Shown piece by piece: positions 1 to 9,137 of a stretch of DNA of 64,000 nt. This DNA is from Minisyncoccota bacterium. Its GTDB lineage: Bacteria > Patescibacteriota > Minisyncoccia > Phycocordibacterales > SBAW01. Below the pieces are notes generated by a model that saw only the letters and a list, made by a program, of their open reading frames with translations, was not told the origin of the DNA and did not search any database. The position numbers were made by a program, and so were the translations under genes. The DNA is taken from NCBI GenBank assembly GCA_035546615.1, contig DASZWM010000002.1:61661-125660 (forward strand). Direction: 5' to 3'. Within the stretch, counting starts at the first letter, position 1. The number at the start of each line of letters is the position of its first letter.

Positions 1-490
1 GTTGTGCACCGCGTTGTCTGCCGCCGCGTAGGCGGAGAGGAGCGCGCTTGCGGCGCTGGTGCCTGAAATGCCGGCGGAGGCCTGCGCCGCCTCGACGCCG
101 GCCTGCGCCTGGAGCACCGCCGCGCGCTCGGACGCGTTCTCGACTTCCGCTACCACCGCGCCCGCGCCGACGTAGTCGCCGAGCTGGTAGTTGAGCGAGG
201 TAATCTCGCCGGATTTCTCCGCGCGCACGGTAGCCTCGGACTTGGAGCTCACGGTGCCCGCTACCGAAAGCCCGGAGGTCTGGTTGGAAAGGTCGGCGAT
301 GGAGCGCAGCTCAACGCTGCGGGTATTGTTCGGCGCCGCCGCTTCGGAAGCGCCGCCTGAGAACGCCGCGTGGAGGACGATAAGCAGGACGACCAGAACG
401 CCCGCCCCCGCGGCGAGTTTTTTCCAGCCCAGACGCTTGGCTGTACGGGTCAGATACGAAACGAAGTCCTGGAGGCGCGCGAAAATAGAT
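1..490 (-). CDS. efflux transporter periplasmic adaptor (membrane-fusion protein, HlyD/RND MFP family), N-terminal part; gene runs off window edge
   Basis: Reverse-strand ORF starting ATG at 488-490 (MLQSIFARLQDF...), N-terminal TM helix then Ala/Gln-rich coiled-coil-like region typical of MFP adaptors; not in ORF track because truncated by window edge. Confidence 0.5.
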
Positions 491-507
491 TGCAACATAT
501 GAAAATA

Positions 508-759
508 TTATCTGTTCTTCTTAATAATACCCTGAATGACGTTGAGCCGCTTGGACAGGTGGGTGGCGAACTTCTCGACGCCCGATAGCTTCGCGAAGGT
601 CACCATCTCGCCGCCCATGCCGAACACAAGCAGTTTCTGGCCCTTCTTGAGGCCCATCGCCTCGCGGGCGTCCGCGGGAATGACTATCTGGCCCTTTTCG
701 CCCAAGGTCGTGATGCCGTATATCTTCTCCGCGGGGTGGTGAGCATGGTTCTTAAGCAT
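508..759 (-). CDS. AbrB/MazE/SpoVT family DNA-binding protein
   Basis: 83 aa; GQIVIPADAREAMGLKKGQKLLV matches SpoVT-AbrB swapped-hairpin domain; sits directly upstream of the MFP gene on same strand. Confidence 0.7.
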   Translation of the reverse strand: MLKNHAHHPAEKIYGITTLGEKGQIVIPADAREAMGLKKGQKLLVFGMGGEMVTFAKLSGVEKFATHLSKRLNVIQGIIKKNR

Positions 760-830
760 AGTATGAAATGTATTACTTTTCCTACACTGTACCGCAGGAA
801 GGCCGTGCGGTCAATGAAGGCTTACGTGGC

Positions 831-867
831 GTAAAAAATGCCCCGCGCGACTATGAGTCGCGCGGGG
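831..867 (-). terminator. rho-independent terminator (12-bp perfect stem ccccgcgcgact/agtcgcgcgggg, T-run on minus strand)
   Basis: Perfect hairpin 841-867 preceded (plus strand) by A6 = T-run on minus strand, 16 bp after gcrA stop. Confidence 0.6.
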
Positions 868-882
868 TGATGTTGTCTGGGC

Positions 883-1410
883 CTAGTAGGCCCCATACTG
901 CGGATTGACCGGCGTTGCGGCCTGCCGTCCATAATGCGCGTGATAGAGGCAATACTGATTCCTTTTTCCTCCCGTATCCGCGCCGCAGTACAGCGCGGGG
1001 CTCGTTTCCGTCTGGTCGCGCACGATAGTGTGACACATCCCTTCCTCAACCTGCAGGAGCGTCACGTTGATGCTCTTCGGTTGCGGGATTTCCATGACGG
1101 CACGGGGCAGCGCAGCCTGCCGCGCGGCTTCCGGATGCAGCTTGGGCGGCTCGCGCCTTGCTTTTATCCGTAACCGCATGAGCGCGGCATTGTTTGTTGA
1201 GCCTGTTCGCGGTTTGCGCGGCCGGGCCTGGCTGGGTGCGGGCTTCGGCCGTCCGGAAAGGTTGAGACGGTGGATTTTTCCAATGACGGCATTCGCCGTA
1301 ACTCCGCCCAGCTGGGCGGCTATCTGGCTTTTGGAAAATCCCTCGCTCCAGAGCTTTTTGAGCAATTCAATGCGCTCGTCCGTCCAGCCATGATTCTTGG
1401 TAGAACCCAT
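883..1410 (-). CDS. gcrA: GcrA family cell-cycle regulator
   Basis: 175 aa; N-term WTDERIELLKKLWSEGFSKSQIAAQLGGVTANAVIGKIHRL and C-term C..W..GD...YCG...YC..HA match Caulobacter GcrA architecture. Confidence 0.8.
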   Translation of the reverse strand: MGSTKNHGWTDERIELLKKLWSEGFSKSQIAAQLGGVTANAVIGKIHRLNLSGRPKPAPSQARPRKPRTGSTNNAALMRLRIKARREPPKLHPEAARQAALPRAVMEIPQPKSINVTLLQVEEGMCHTIVRDQTETSPALYCGADTGGKRNQYCLYHAHYGRQAATPVNPQYGAY

Positions 1411-1463
1411 AGGCTTTTACTCCTTGTACTGATAGTGGAACAAATGTCCTGTCCTTACTATAA

Positions 1464-2324
1464 CTATGTCCGTACTATCTTGCCAAGACGCTCTTCTACG
1501 AGCCCGCGGATCTGCAGCGATGAAAGCGCGATGTTCGCTTCCTGAGCGGAAAGCCCCGCGCGCTCAATAAGCTCGTCTTTTTCGAGTGCTTCGGCCAATG
1601 CCTCGAGTATTTTCGCTTCGGCAGGCGTCAGATCGGACGGGAAGGAGGCTTCCGCAGCATCTTCGACTTTCAGTCCGAGCGCTTCAAGAATATCTTCGCT
1701 GTTGCGAACGAGCGTTGCGCCTTCGCGAATCAGCCGGTTGACGCCCGCGCCGCTCTCGCGCCCCAGCTCGTGCGGCACGGCGAGCACTTCGCGGTTGTAG
1801 TCAAGCGCGAGCCGCGCGGTAATAAGCGTGCCGGACTTTTCTCCCGCTTCTATTATGAGCGTGGCAAGCGCCATGCCGGCCCCGATGCGGTTTCGCTTGG
1901 CGAAATCGAACAGCTGGGGCCGGTAGGGGCCGGGATTCTCGCTTACGAGCGCGCCGCCCTTCTCAAGTATCCGCTGCGCCAGCCCGCGGTTGCTTGCGGG
2001 ATATATAGAAGAGTCATCGCATGAGGAGGGGAGCACCGCTACGGTTGCCAGCCCGGCATCGAGCGCCGCCTTGTGCGCTTCGGCGTCTATGCCTAAAGCG
2101 AGGCCCGAGACTATCGCGACCGGATACCGCGCTAGCCCCGCGATAAGCGCTTGGCACATACGCCTTCCATATATAGACGTAGCGCGCGAGCCCACGACGC
2201 ACAGGAGCTTGTACTCGGGCGGGGGAAGTTCGCCGCGTAGGTACAGCATTTTCGGCTTGTCCGGAATTTCCCTCAAAAGGTCGGAAAATCCGTCAGGCGG
2301 CAGTTGTCGGATAGGGAAAGCCAT
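1464..2324 (-). CDS. dprA: DNA-processing protein DprA (Smf)
   Basis: 286 aa; Rossmann-like DprA core (VVGSRATSIYG..., GIDAEAHKAAL, SGTLITARLAL) and C-terminal winged helix. Confidence 0.9.
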   Translation of the reverse strand: MAFPIRQLPPDGFSDLLREIPDKPKMLYLRGELPPPEYKLLCVVGSRATSIYGRRMCQALIAGLARYPVAIVSGLALGIDAEAHKAALDAGLATVAVLPSSCDDSSIYPASNRGLAQRILEKGGALVSENPGPYRPQLFDFAKRNRIGAGMALATLIIEAGEKSGTLITARLALDYNREVLAVPHELGRESGAGVNRLIREGATLVRNSEDILEALGLKVEDAAEASFPSDLTPAEAKILEALAEALEKDELIERAGLSAQEANIALSSLQIRGLVEERLGKIVRT

Positions 2325-2349
2325 TGTATTCTATGGATATTCTGAACAT

Positions 2350-3621
2350 ATGTTAGATATCACGTTCATCCGCGAGAATCTAGAGCTCGTGAAGGCCGGC
2401 GCCAAGAAGAAGCATATCGAGGTCGACCTCGACCGGCTCATGTCCGTGGACGAAAAGCGCCGCGCGCTCCTGGTGGAGATAGAGACCATGCGCGCCAAGC
2501 AGAACGAGGTGTCCGACATGGTGGTCAAGGCGAGCCCCGAGGAAAAAGAAAAGGCTATCGGCGAAATGCGGGTGCTCAAGGAGACGCTTCAGGGCAAAGA
2601 GAAGGAAATGGAGGAGGTGATGCATGAATGGCAGCTCCTTATGGTGGCGGTGCCGAACATTCCGGATTTGTCAGTGCCCGACGGCGACTCCGACGCGGAC
2701 AATAAAGAGGTGAAGGTGTGGGGCGGAAAGCCGCAGTTCGCTTTTACCCCGAAGAGCCACGTCGAATTGATGCAGGACCTCGAGATGGCGGACTTCGAGC
2801 GCGGCACCAAGGTCGCCGGATTCCGCGGCTACTTCCTCAAGGGCGACGGGGCGCTCTTATCTTTCGCTATCTGGCGCTACGCGCAGGATTTTTTCCTGAA
2901 AAAGGATTTTACGCCGATGATAGTGCCGAGTTTGGTAAAGCGCGTCGCATTTTTGGGCAGCGGGTACCTGCCCCAGGGCGAGGACGACCTGTATAAGACG
3001 CAGGACGGCGATTTTTTGGCCGGCACCGCGGAAGTGGCGACGATGGGGTACTACATGAACGAAGTATTGCCGAAAGAAAAACTGCCGATGAAATTCCTTT
3101 CCTTCTCGCCGTGCTTCAGGCGCGAGGCGGGCGCGCACGGCAAGGACGTCAAAGGCCTTATCCGGGTACACGAATTCTTCAAATGGGAGCAGGTCATCGT
3201 GTGCGAGGGCACGCATGAGGAGTCGGTCAAATGGCACGAATGGGTGAATCGCAACACGGAAGAGTTCATCGAGTCGCTTGAGATCCCGTACCACACGGTG
3301 CTCAACTGTGGCGGTGACCTCGGGCTGGGCCAGGTAAAAAAGTATGACATCGAGCTGTGGGTGCCGGGCGAGAATACGTATCGCGAGATAAGCTCGGCCT
3401 CGTACTTCCATGACTTCCAGACCCGCCGTCTTAACATCCGCTATCGCGACGAGAACGGAAAGATGCAGTACTCGCATTCGCTTAATTCCACCGCCATTCC
3501 GACTCCGCGTATCCTCGTGTCTTTGATAGAGAATTACCAGCAGGAAGACGGCTCCATCCTCATCCCGAAAGCCCTGCAGCAGTACATGGGCAAGGAAAAA
3601 ATAGAAAAAGCGAAAGCGTAA
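2350..3621 (+). CDS. serS: seryl-tRNA synthetase
   Basis: Track ORF 1990..3621 has an upstream extension overlapping dprA; true start ATG 2350 (MLDITFIRENLELV...); N-terminal coiled coil plus class II aaRS motifs. Confidence 0.9.
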   Translation: MLDITFIRENLELVKAGAKKKHIEVDLDRLMSVDEKRRALLVEIETMRAKQNEVSDMVVKASPEEKEKAIGEMRVLKETLQGKEKEMEEVMHEWQLLMVAVPNIPDLSVPDGDSDADNKEVKVWGGKPQFAFTPKSHVELMQDLEMADFERGTKVAGFRGYFLKGDGALLSFAIWRYAQDFFLKKDFTPMIVPSLVKRVAFLGSGYLPQGEDDLYKTQDGDFLAGTAEVATMGYYMNEVLPKEKLPMKFLSFSPCFRREAGAHGKDVKGLIRVHEFFKWEQVIVCEGTHEESVKWHEWVNRNTEEFIESLEIPYHTVLNCGGDLGLGQVKKYDIELWVPGENTYREISSASYFHDFQTRRLNIRYRDENGKMQYSHSLNSTAIPTPRILVSLIENYQQEDGSILIPKALQQYMGKEKIEKAKA

Positions 3622-3623
3622 GT

Positions 3624-4463
3624 ATGGCACGCGTGCAACTGCCGGTCTCCAAGCTCAAGGCGCGCAAGCGCCGCAGGCGCGTGCTTGCGCTGGTGTTCGC
3701 GCTTGCGGGCGCCCTCGCGCTTGCGGCAGGCGCGATAGCGCTTACATGGGCGCCGTTCCTGCGCATCCAGAAGCTTGAGGTAGCAGGAGTGTCGTCGGTA
3801 AATAAAGAGCTGGTGGAGGAGCAGATCCGCAAAAGCCTCAGCGGCGCGTATTGGGGCGTATTTCCGCGCGACAATATCTTTTTGTATTCCAAAGCCGAGA
3901 TGCGCGCGCGGCTGCTTTCGCAGTTTCCGGTGTTCGCAAGCGCGAGCCTTTCTTCCGAGGGCTTCGACGGCCTGCGCGTAGACCTGGTCGAGCGCAAGCC
4001 GGCGGCGCTTTGGTGCGGCGAGGGGCCGGAGCTTTCAGGCTCATGCCTTACGCTCGACGAAAGCGGCGCGGCGTATACCCTCGCGGCGGATTTCTCCGGC
4101 TCGGTATATGCGCGGTACACCGGAGCGCTTCCGCAAGGGCCTTTGCCGCGGCAGTTCCTGGCGCCCGAGCAGTTCCGCGGCCTTGCAGCCTTCGTGAGCG
4201 AGCTGTCGGGCAAGCTTTCAAGCACGTCGATAAGCGTCGTCGCTGTCGGCGGGGACGGCGACGTGCAGGTGGTGTGCGAGAACGGCTTCAGGCTGGTGTT
4301 CTCGCTGGATGATAACGGCGCCGATGTGCTTGAGCGCTTCGCGCTGGCGCTGACCGCGGGGCCGTTCGCAACCCACAAGCTTTCGGACTTTGAATATCTC
4401 GACCTTCGCTTTGGCGACAAGCTGTACTACAAGCTGAAAGGGGAGGAAAAAGCGGAAGAATAA
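3624..4463 (+). CDS. FtsQ/DivIB-like cell division protein (TM anchor + POTRA-like domain)
   Basis: 279 aa; basic N-term, single TM, then POTRA-like region (LRIQKLEVAGVS...). Confidence 0.55.
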   Translation: MARVQLPVSKLKARKRRRRVLALVFALAGALALAAGAIALTWAPFLRIQKLEVAGVSSVNKELVEEQIRKSLSGAYWGVFPRDNIFLYSKAEMRARLLSQFPVFASASLSSEGFDGLRVDLVERKPAALWCGEGPELSGSCLTLDESGAAYTLAADFSGSVYARYTGALPQGPLPRQFLAPEQFRGLAAFVSELSGKLSSTSISVVAVGGDGDVQVVCENGFRLVFSLDDNGADVLERFALALTAGPFATHKLSDFEYLDLRFGDKLYYKLKGEEKAEE

Positions 4464-4500
4464 AAGAGGGCGCGCCGTACGGCGCGCCCCGCTTCGTTTT
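4464..4500. terminator. bidirectional rho-independent terminator
   Basis: Perfect palindrome gggcgcgccgtacggcgcgccc (4468-4489) followed by cgcttcgtttt; lies between convergent genes. Confidence 0.6.
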
Positions 4501-4745
4501 CATCGCCCGGTGAGATTTCCCCACCAGTCGTCTATTCGCTTCAGCAGCCGCCGGAGTTTGCCCGGCTCCTTCTGCTTTTGCTGCATGGGCTCTTCGGGAT
4601 CCTCGGGTTCAGGCTTCATGACCTCAAGGCAGCTTGCCTCCCAATCATAGTGAATGCCCTGCTTTCCGGGCGGGATTTGCTTTAAAGCCCGTTCTGCCGG
4701 GGAATCACCCGGGTTGATCGGACCCAGTCCTATTCTGGCTGTCAC
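4500..4745 (-). CDS. hypothetical protein
   Basis: 81-aa ORF between convergent ftsQ-like and dus; no recognizable motif. Confidence 0.35.
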   Translation of the reverse strand: MTARIGLGPINPGDSPAERALKQIPPGKQGIHYDWEASCLEVMKPEPEDPEEPMQQKQKEPGKLRRLLKRIDDWWGNLTGR

Positions 4746-4806
4746 GTCGATTGCTCCTCGTACTGGTTCAGTTGACTATTACACCGCCGCTCGGTAGCCT
4801 TGTCAA

Positions 4807-5784
4807 ATGAAGTCAAAAGAAAGCTTCTGGAACGGCCTTCCCAAGCCCTTGTTCGTGCTCGCGCCTTTGGCGAACGTCACCGACGCGGCGTTCCGGCGCA
4901 TAATCGCCAAGTACAGCAAGCCGGCGGGGCCGCACGTGTTCTGGACTGAATTCGTCTCGGCGGACGGGCTTGTCCTCGCCAATGAGGAAGGGAAGGCAAA
5001 GCTCATGCGCGACCTTATATATACGGAAGCGGAGCGGCCCATAGTGGCGCAGTTCTTCACCTCGACTCCGGCGCATATGGAGAAAGCCGCCGCGCTTGCG
5101 GCCGAGCTTGGCTTCGACGGCATCGATATAAACATGGGATGCCCCGACAAAAGCATTGAGAAGCAGGGTGCGGGGGCGAAGCTCATTCAGACCCCTGAAG
5201 TTGCGCAAGAACTCATTGCCGCGGCAAAGCGCGGGGCGCCGAATCTGCCCGTTTCGGTCAAAACGCGGCTCGGCTACAACAAGGATATTCTTGAAGAATG
5301 GCTGCCTAAGCTGCTTGCCGCTGAACCGGCTGCCCTGACCTTGCACGCGCGCACGCGCAAGGAGATGTCGGCCGTGCCCGCGCATTGGGACAGAGTGAAG
5401 CGCGCGGTTGAGATCCGCAACGAGCTCGGAAGCAAAACTCTCATCATCGGCAACGGCGATGCGATGGACCTCGAAGATGCTAAAAAGAAGGCGGAAGAGT
5501 CGGGAGCTGACGGTGTTATGCTCGGCCGCGCCATTTTCGGCAAGCCGTGGCTCTTCAGCGGGGCCGAGGCACCCGCGCTTACGGAGCGGCTGCGCATCGC
5601 GGTGGAGCACAGCAAGCTCTTTGAGGAGCTTTTGGGCGATATCAAGAATTTTGCCATCATGAAAAAGCACTTCAAAGCATATGCCGAAGGGTTTCCGGGC
5701 GCGAAGGAGCTTCGCATGGAGCTGATGGAGACGAAAAGCGCCGCGGAGATAGAAAAGGTGGTTGAATACTTTCTCGCATCCTGA
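4807..5784 (+). CDS. dus: tRNA-dihydrouridine synthase
   Basis: 325 aa; LAPLANVTDAAFRRI, DINMGCP, TIM-barrel Dus motifs. Confidence 0.9.
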   Translation: MKSKESFWNGLPKPLFVLAPLANVTDAAFRRIIAKYSKPAGPHVFWTEFVSADGLVLANEEGKAKLMRDLIYTEAERPIVAQFFTSTPAHMEKAAALAAELGFDGIDINMGCPDKSIEKQGAGAKLIQTPEVAQELIAAAKRGAPNLPVSVKTRLGYNKDILEEWLPKLLAAEPAALTLHARTRKEMSAVPAHWDRVKRAVEIRNELGSKTLIIGNGDAMDLEDAKKKAEESGADGVMLGRAIFGKPWLFSGAEAPALTERLRIAVEHSKLFEELLGDIKNFAIMKKHFKAYAEGFPGAKELRMELMETKSAAEIEKVVEYFLAS

Positions 5785-5819
5785 TATAAAAACTGTAGGC
5801 AGTAGGCAGGGAGGCTTCA

Positions 5820-6134
5820 GTGAAGCAGGGACAGAAAAAGCCAATCACTACGGGTAGTCTGCTCCGGGCTGCCCGGGAGCTAAAGGCGGAGGGCCAAAAG
5901 GTCACGTATTCGAGTTTGGGAAAAAAGACTGGCCAACACGGCCATTCGATCAAACGTTTTTTAGATCGAGTGCCGTGGATAATTGCTGAACTCGAAATAG
6001 TACGGGTAGCAAAGGGATATGCTCCCCAAGAACCTGACCGGCTCAGACGGCTTATCTTGACGTTTCCTGAGGATGGAGCGTTCGGCTGGCTCGCCCAAAG
6101 GATCGGGCCTCGTATCTTTCAGGAAAGCTTGTGA
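5820..6134 (+). CDS. hypothetical protein (GTG start), GC lower than neighbours
   Basis: 104-aa ORF, GTG start; basic N-term; followed by a hairpin terminator. Confidence 0.4.
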   Translation: MKQGQKKPITTGSLLRAARELKAEGQKVTYSSLGKKTGQHGHSIKRFLDRVPWIIAELEIVRVAKGYAPQEPDRLRRLILTFPEDGAFGWLAQRIGPRIFQESL

Positions 6135-6148
6135 GTCCGCCCGCAGCC

Positions 6149-6186
6149 ACGACCGATGGTAGGAATACTATCGGTCGTTTTCGTTC
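6149..6186 (+). terminator. rho-independent terminator (9-bp stem acgaccgat/atcggtcgt + T-run)
   Basis: Hairpin followed by tttcgtt. Confidence 0.55.
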
Positions 6187-6214
6187 CTCTTAATTAGTAG
6201 CGTATACTAAGGCC

Positions 6215-6526
6215 ATGAACGAGCTGGTGCATGCCGATATCTTCTTTTTTATAACGTCCGTTGCTGTCATAGCACTGTCGGCCGCCATGCTCGTCCTCCT
6301 CTTGTATCTTATTCCGGCCGCACGCGATCTGCGGTCGATTACGGCCAAAGTGCGGAAGGCCGGCGACGAGATGGAGAAGGATTTCGAGGACCTTCGCGCG
6401 AATCTGCGGGCGGAAGGTAGCAAGGGAAAGATGCTGGTAGATATCGTGCTCGGCTGGGCGGGCCACGTACTCAAGGCGCCCGCCGCGCGTCGGGCAAAGA
6501 AACAGCCGCCTTCATCCGAAGTTTAG
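6215..6526 (+). CDS. small membrane protein (N-terminal TM, coiled-coil C-term; DUF948-like)
   Basis: 103 aa; hydrophobic segment FFFITSVAVIALSAAMLVLLLYLI. Confidence 0.5.
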   Translation: MNELVHADIFFFITSVAVIALSAAMLVLLLYLIPAARDLRSITAKVRKAGDEMEKDFEDLRANLRAEGSKGKMLVDIVLGWAGHVLKAPAARRAKKQPPSSEV

Positions 6527-6583
6527 GTTAGGGCTGTATTGTGAAGAAGAGCGGAAATATTCATTAACCTAATTACTGTTACT

Positions 6584-6991
6584 ATGGCAAAGAAAAATTC
6601 TGGAATGGGCATGTCAGTGGGCGTCGGGGCGGGGCTCGCTGCGGCTGCTACGGCTGGAGCGGCGGCGTACTGGCTCTACGGCTCCAAGCACTCGGCACAG
6701 CACCGCAAATTGGCCAAGAGCTGGATGCTCAAGGCGCGCGCCGAGGTAATGGAGGCGATAGAGAAGATACAGGACATAGACAAGGAGCAGTACATGGCTG
6801 CGGTCAACGGCGTGCTCAAGAACTACGCGGGCGCAAGCTCAACCGAGATGGCGGCCATGATGCGCGATTTCAAGACCGCATGGACCCACATGCAGGCCGC
6901 GCAGAAGAGCGGCAGCAAGGGCGCAAAGAGCGCCAAGCGCACCGGCAAGAAGATGGTGAAAAGCGCTCGTAAAATGGTCCGCGGAAAGTAA
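6584..6991 (+). CDS. hypothetical protein with Gly/Ala-rich TM N-term and Lys-rich C-term
   Basis: 135 aa ORF, coding-like composition. Confidence 0.5.
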   Translation: MAKKNSGMGMSVGVGAGLAAAATAGAAAYWLYGSKHSAQHRKLAKSWMLKARAEVMEAIEKIQDIDKEQYMAAVNGVLKNYAGASSTEMAAMMRDFKTAWTHMQAAQKSGSKGAKSAKRTGKKMVKSARKMVRGK

Positions 6992-7041
6992 TACTTTAAT
7001 CAGCAAGCAAAAGGTCGTCGAGGAAGGTTCCCGGCGGCCTT

Positions 7042-8118
7042 TTGTTATATACTGGCTTCATGGCAAAGGGCTCCAAGGAAGAAATCGCTGCGCCTATGGC
7101 GCTGTATCGCAAATACCGGCCTTCCGGCTTTGCGGAAGTGCGCGGGCAGGAAGAGGTCGTTTCGGTCCTTGAGGCCGCTATAAAGAAGAACGAAATCGCG
7201 CACGCCTACCTTTTCTCCGGCGGGCGCGGCACCGGCAAGACCTCGATGGCGCGCATTTTGGCCCGCGCGGTCGGGACCAGCGAGCAGGATATCTACGAGA
7301 TGGACGCCGCATCCAACCGCGGTATCGACGAGATACGCGAGCTTCGCGAAGGTGTCTCGACGATGCCGTTCGATTCCAAATACAAGTTCTATATCATCGA
7401 CGAGGCTCACGCGCTCACCAAAGACGCCTGGGGAGCGTTTCTCAAGACCCTTGAGGAGCCGCCGGCGCACGCGATATTCGTGCTTGCGACGACCGAGCTC
7501 GACCGCGTGCCCGAAACCATCCAGTCGCGCTGCCAGGTGTTCCGTTTCAAGAAGCCCAGCCACGAAACGCTTAAGAAGCTCGTCCTCGATGTAGCCAAGA
7601 AAGAAGGCGTCGCGCTTGCGCCCGCAGGTGCGGAGCTTGTCGCTTTGGTAGGGGAAGGCTCGTTCCGCGACACACTCGGCACGCTCCAGAAGGCGCTTAC
7701 GATTTCGGAAGACAAGAAACTGACGGAAGAGGAGATAGCGAAGGTAATTGGTGCGCCATCGGCCGGGCTGGTAAATAATTTTATCTCGGCGCTTGCCCAG
7801 AAAAATATAGACGACGCGCTTGCCGCCTTCTCGGCCGCGGTAAAAAACGGCTCGGAGCCGCAGATATTCATCTTGCTCGCCGTTGCGAAAGTGCGCGGGA
7901 TATTGCTCCTGCGCTTTGCCCCCAAAATGCGCGGAGAGCTTGCCGAGCAGTTCGGCGAGGACGATATGAAGCTGCTTGAGTCGCTCGCAAAGGGCGAGGG
8001 CGCAAGCATTAACTCCCAAACCCTGGCAGAATTCCTGACCGCGCTCATTGAAACTCCGCGCGCTCCGCTTCCGACTATTCCGCTGGAGCTTGCTCTGTAC
8101 CGCCTCTTCCAACAATAG
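7042..8118 (+). CDS. dnaX: DNA polymerase III subunit gamma/tau (short form)
   Basis: 358 aa; YRKYRP, Walker A GGRGTGKTS, DEAH box; start may be the internal Met at 7060. Confidence 0.9.
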   Translation: MLYTGFMAKGSKEEIAAPMALYRKYRPSGFAEVRGQEEVVSVLEAAIKKNEIAHAYLFSGGRGTGKTSMARILARAVGTSEQDIYEMDAASNRGIDEIRELREGVSTMPFDSKYKFYIIDEAHALTKDAWGAFLKTLEEPPAHAIFVLATTELDRVPETIQSRCQVFRFKKPSHETLKKLVLDVAKKEGVALAPAGAELVALVGEGSFRDTLGTLQKALTISEDKKLTEEEIAKVIGAPSAGLVNNFISALAQKNIDDALAAFSAAVKNGSEPQIFILLAVAKVRGILLLRFAPKMRGELAEQFGEDDMKLLESLAKGEGASINSQTLAEFLTALIETPRAPLPTIPLELALYRLFQQ

Positions 8119-8120
8119 AT

Positions 8121-8786
8121 ATGGAATTTATACAGTCATCGAATCCGAGCGAGGGCGCCCAGGCTATGGCGCAGAAGATAGTTGAATCTTTGCGGAAGGG
8201 AAAAGTGCTGTGGCTGATATGCGGCGGCTCGAACGTGCCGCTTTCGGCGGAGGCCATGGATGCCGTACGCGCCGCAGTTTCTGCGGATGAATTGCGGAAC
8301 CTAACGGTCGGCATGACGGATGAGCGGTACGGGCCGCTTGGGCACGCCGACTCCAACTGGAAGCAGCTTGAGGATGTTGGGTTCAATATAGAAGGAGTCA
8401 CGGCTATTCCGGTACTTACGGGAAAGCCGCTTGAAGAGACTGTTTCGGAATATGCTCAGAAGCTCGAAGATGCGCTGCAAGAAGAACCGCTTGTTATCGC
8501 GCAATTCGGCATCGGCGCGGACGGGCATATCGCGGGCATGCTTCCGCACAGCCCCGCGGTCTCAAGCACGGACACTATATACGCATACGAAGCCGCGCCA
8601 TTCACGCGCATTACAATAACCCAGCCGGTATTCAAGAAAATATCCGTCGCGTATGCGATAGTATTCGGCGAGTCCAAAAAAGCCGCCATCGACCGCCTCA
8701 AGAACGAGGACCTTCCGGTTGAGGAAATGCCCTGCCAGTTGCTTAAGCAAATCCCCGAAGCGTATTTTTATACCGACCAGCTTTAA
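8121..8786 (+). CDS. 6-phosphogluconolactonase / glucosamine-6-phosphate isomerase family protein
   Basis: 221 aa; ICGGSNVP and IAQFGIGADGHIAGMLP motifs of the Pgl/NagB fold. Confidence 0.7.
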   Translation: MEFIQSSNPSEGAQAMAQKIVESLRKGKVLWLICGGSNVPLSAEAMDAVRAAVSADELRNLTVGMTDERYGPLGHADSNWKQLEDVGFNIEGVTAIPVLTGKPLEETVSEYAQKLEDALQEEPLVIAQFGIGADGHIAGMLPHSPAVSSTDTIYAYEAAPFTRITITQPVFKKISVAYAIVFGESKKAAIDRLKNEDLPVEEMPCQLLKQIPEAYFYTDQL

Positions 8787-8787
8787 G

Positions 8788-8827
8788 AAAAACATCCTTA
8801 CAAACTTGAGAATGTAAGGATGTTTTT
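8788..8827. terminator. bidirectional terminator hairpin (15-bp stem, A5/T5 flanks)
   Basis: aaaaacatccttaca-aacttgagaa-tgtaaggatgttttt between convergent genes. Confidence 0.6.
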
Positions 8828-9131
8828 AGAGATTCTGGAAGGATTTTAGGAAGCGGACGAATATCTTACCGTAGGGCGAAAGCCGGTGCTCCACGAACTT
8901 GCCGCGATACTTTTTTGCGATAAGGCCGGCCACATAGAGCCGCCTGGTGTGCTCGCCGATGGTCTTCTCGTTCGCATTAAGGGTCGCCGCAATAGTATCG
9001 AGCGTAACGCCCTCGTGCCGGGCGATAAGAAGCAGTATCTCGATGCGGTAATGATTTGCCATGCCCTTGAGATGGCGTTCCATCTGCTTTGCCGTCTTCG
9101 TATTTTTCATGCGGGAGAGTATACATGACAC
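8826..9131 (-). CDS. ArsR/SmtB family transcriptional regulator
   Basis: 101 aa (GTG start; alternative ATG at Met8); winged HTH ANHYRIEILLLIARHEGVTLDTIAATL. Confidence 0.7.
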   Translation of the reverse strand: MSCILSRMKNTKTAKQMERHLKGMANHYRIEILLLIARHEGVTLDTIAATLNANEKTIGEHTRRLYVAGLIAKKYRGKFVEHRLSPYGKIFVRFLKSFQNL

Positions 9132-9137
9132 CCCAAC

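Noticed and set aside
4813-5844. 343-aa ORF antisense to dus
   Set aside because: Antisense artefact.
7045-8115. 356-aa ORF antisense to dnaX
   Set aside because: Arg/Leu-rich antisense frame typical of high-GC DNA. The plus-strand frame has unambiguous DnaX motifs.
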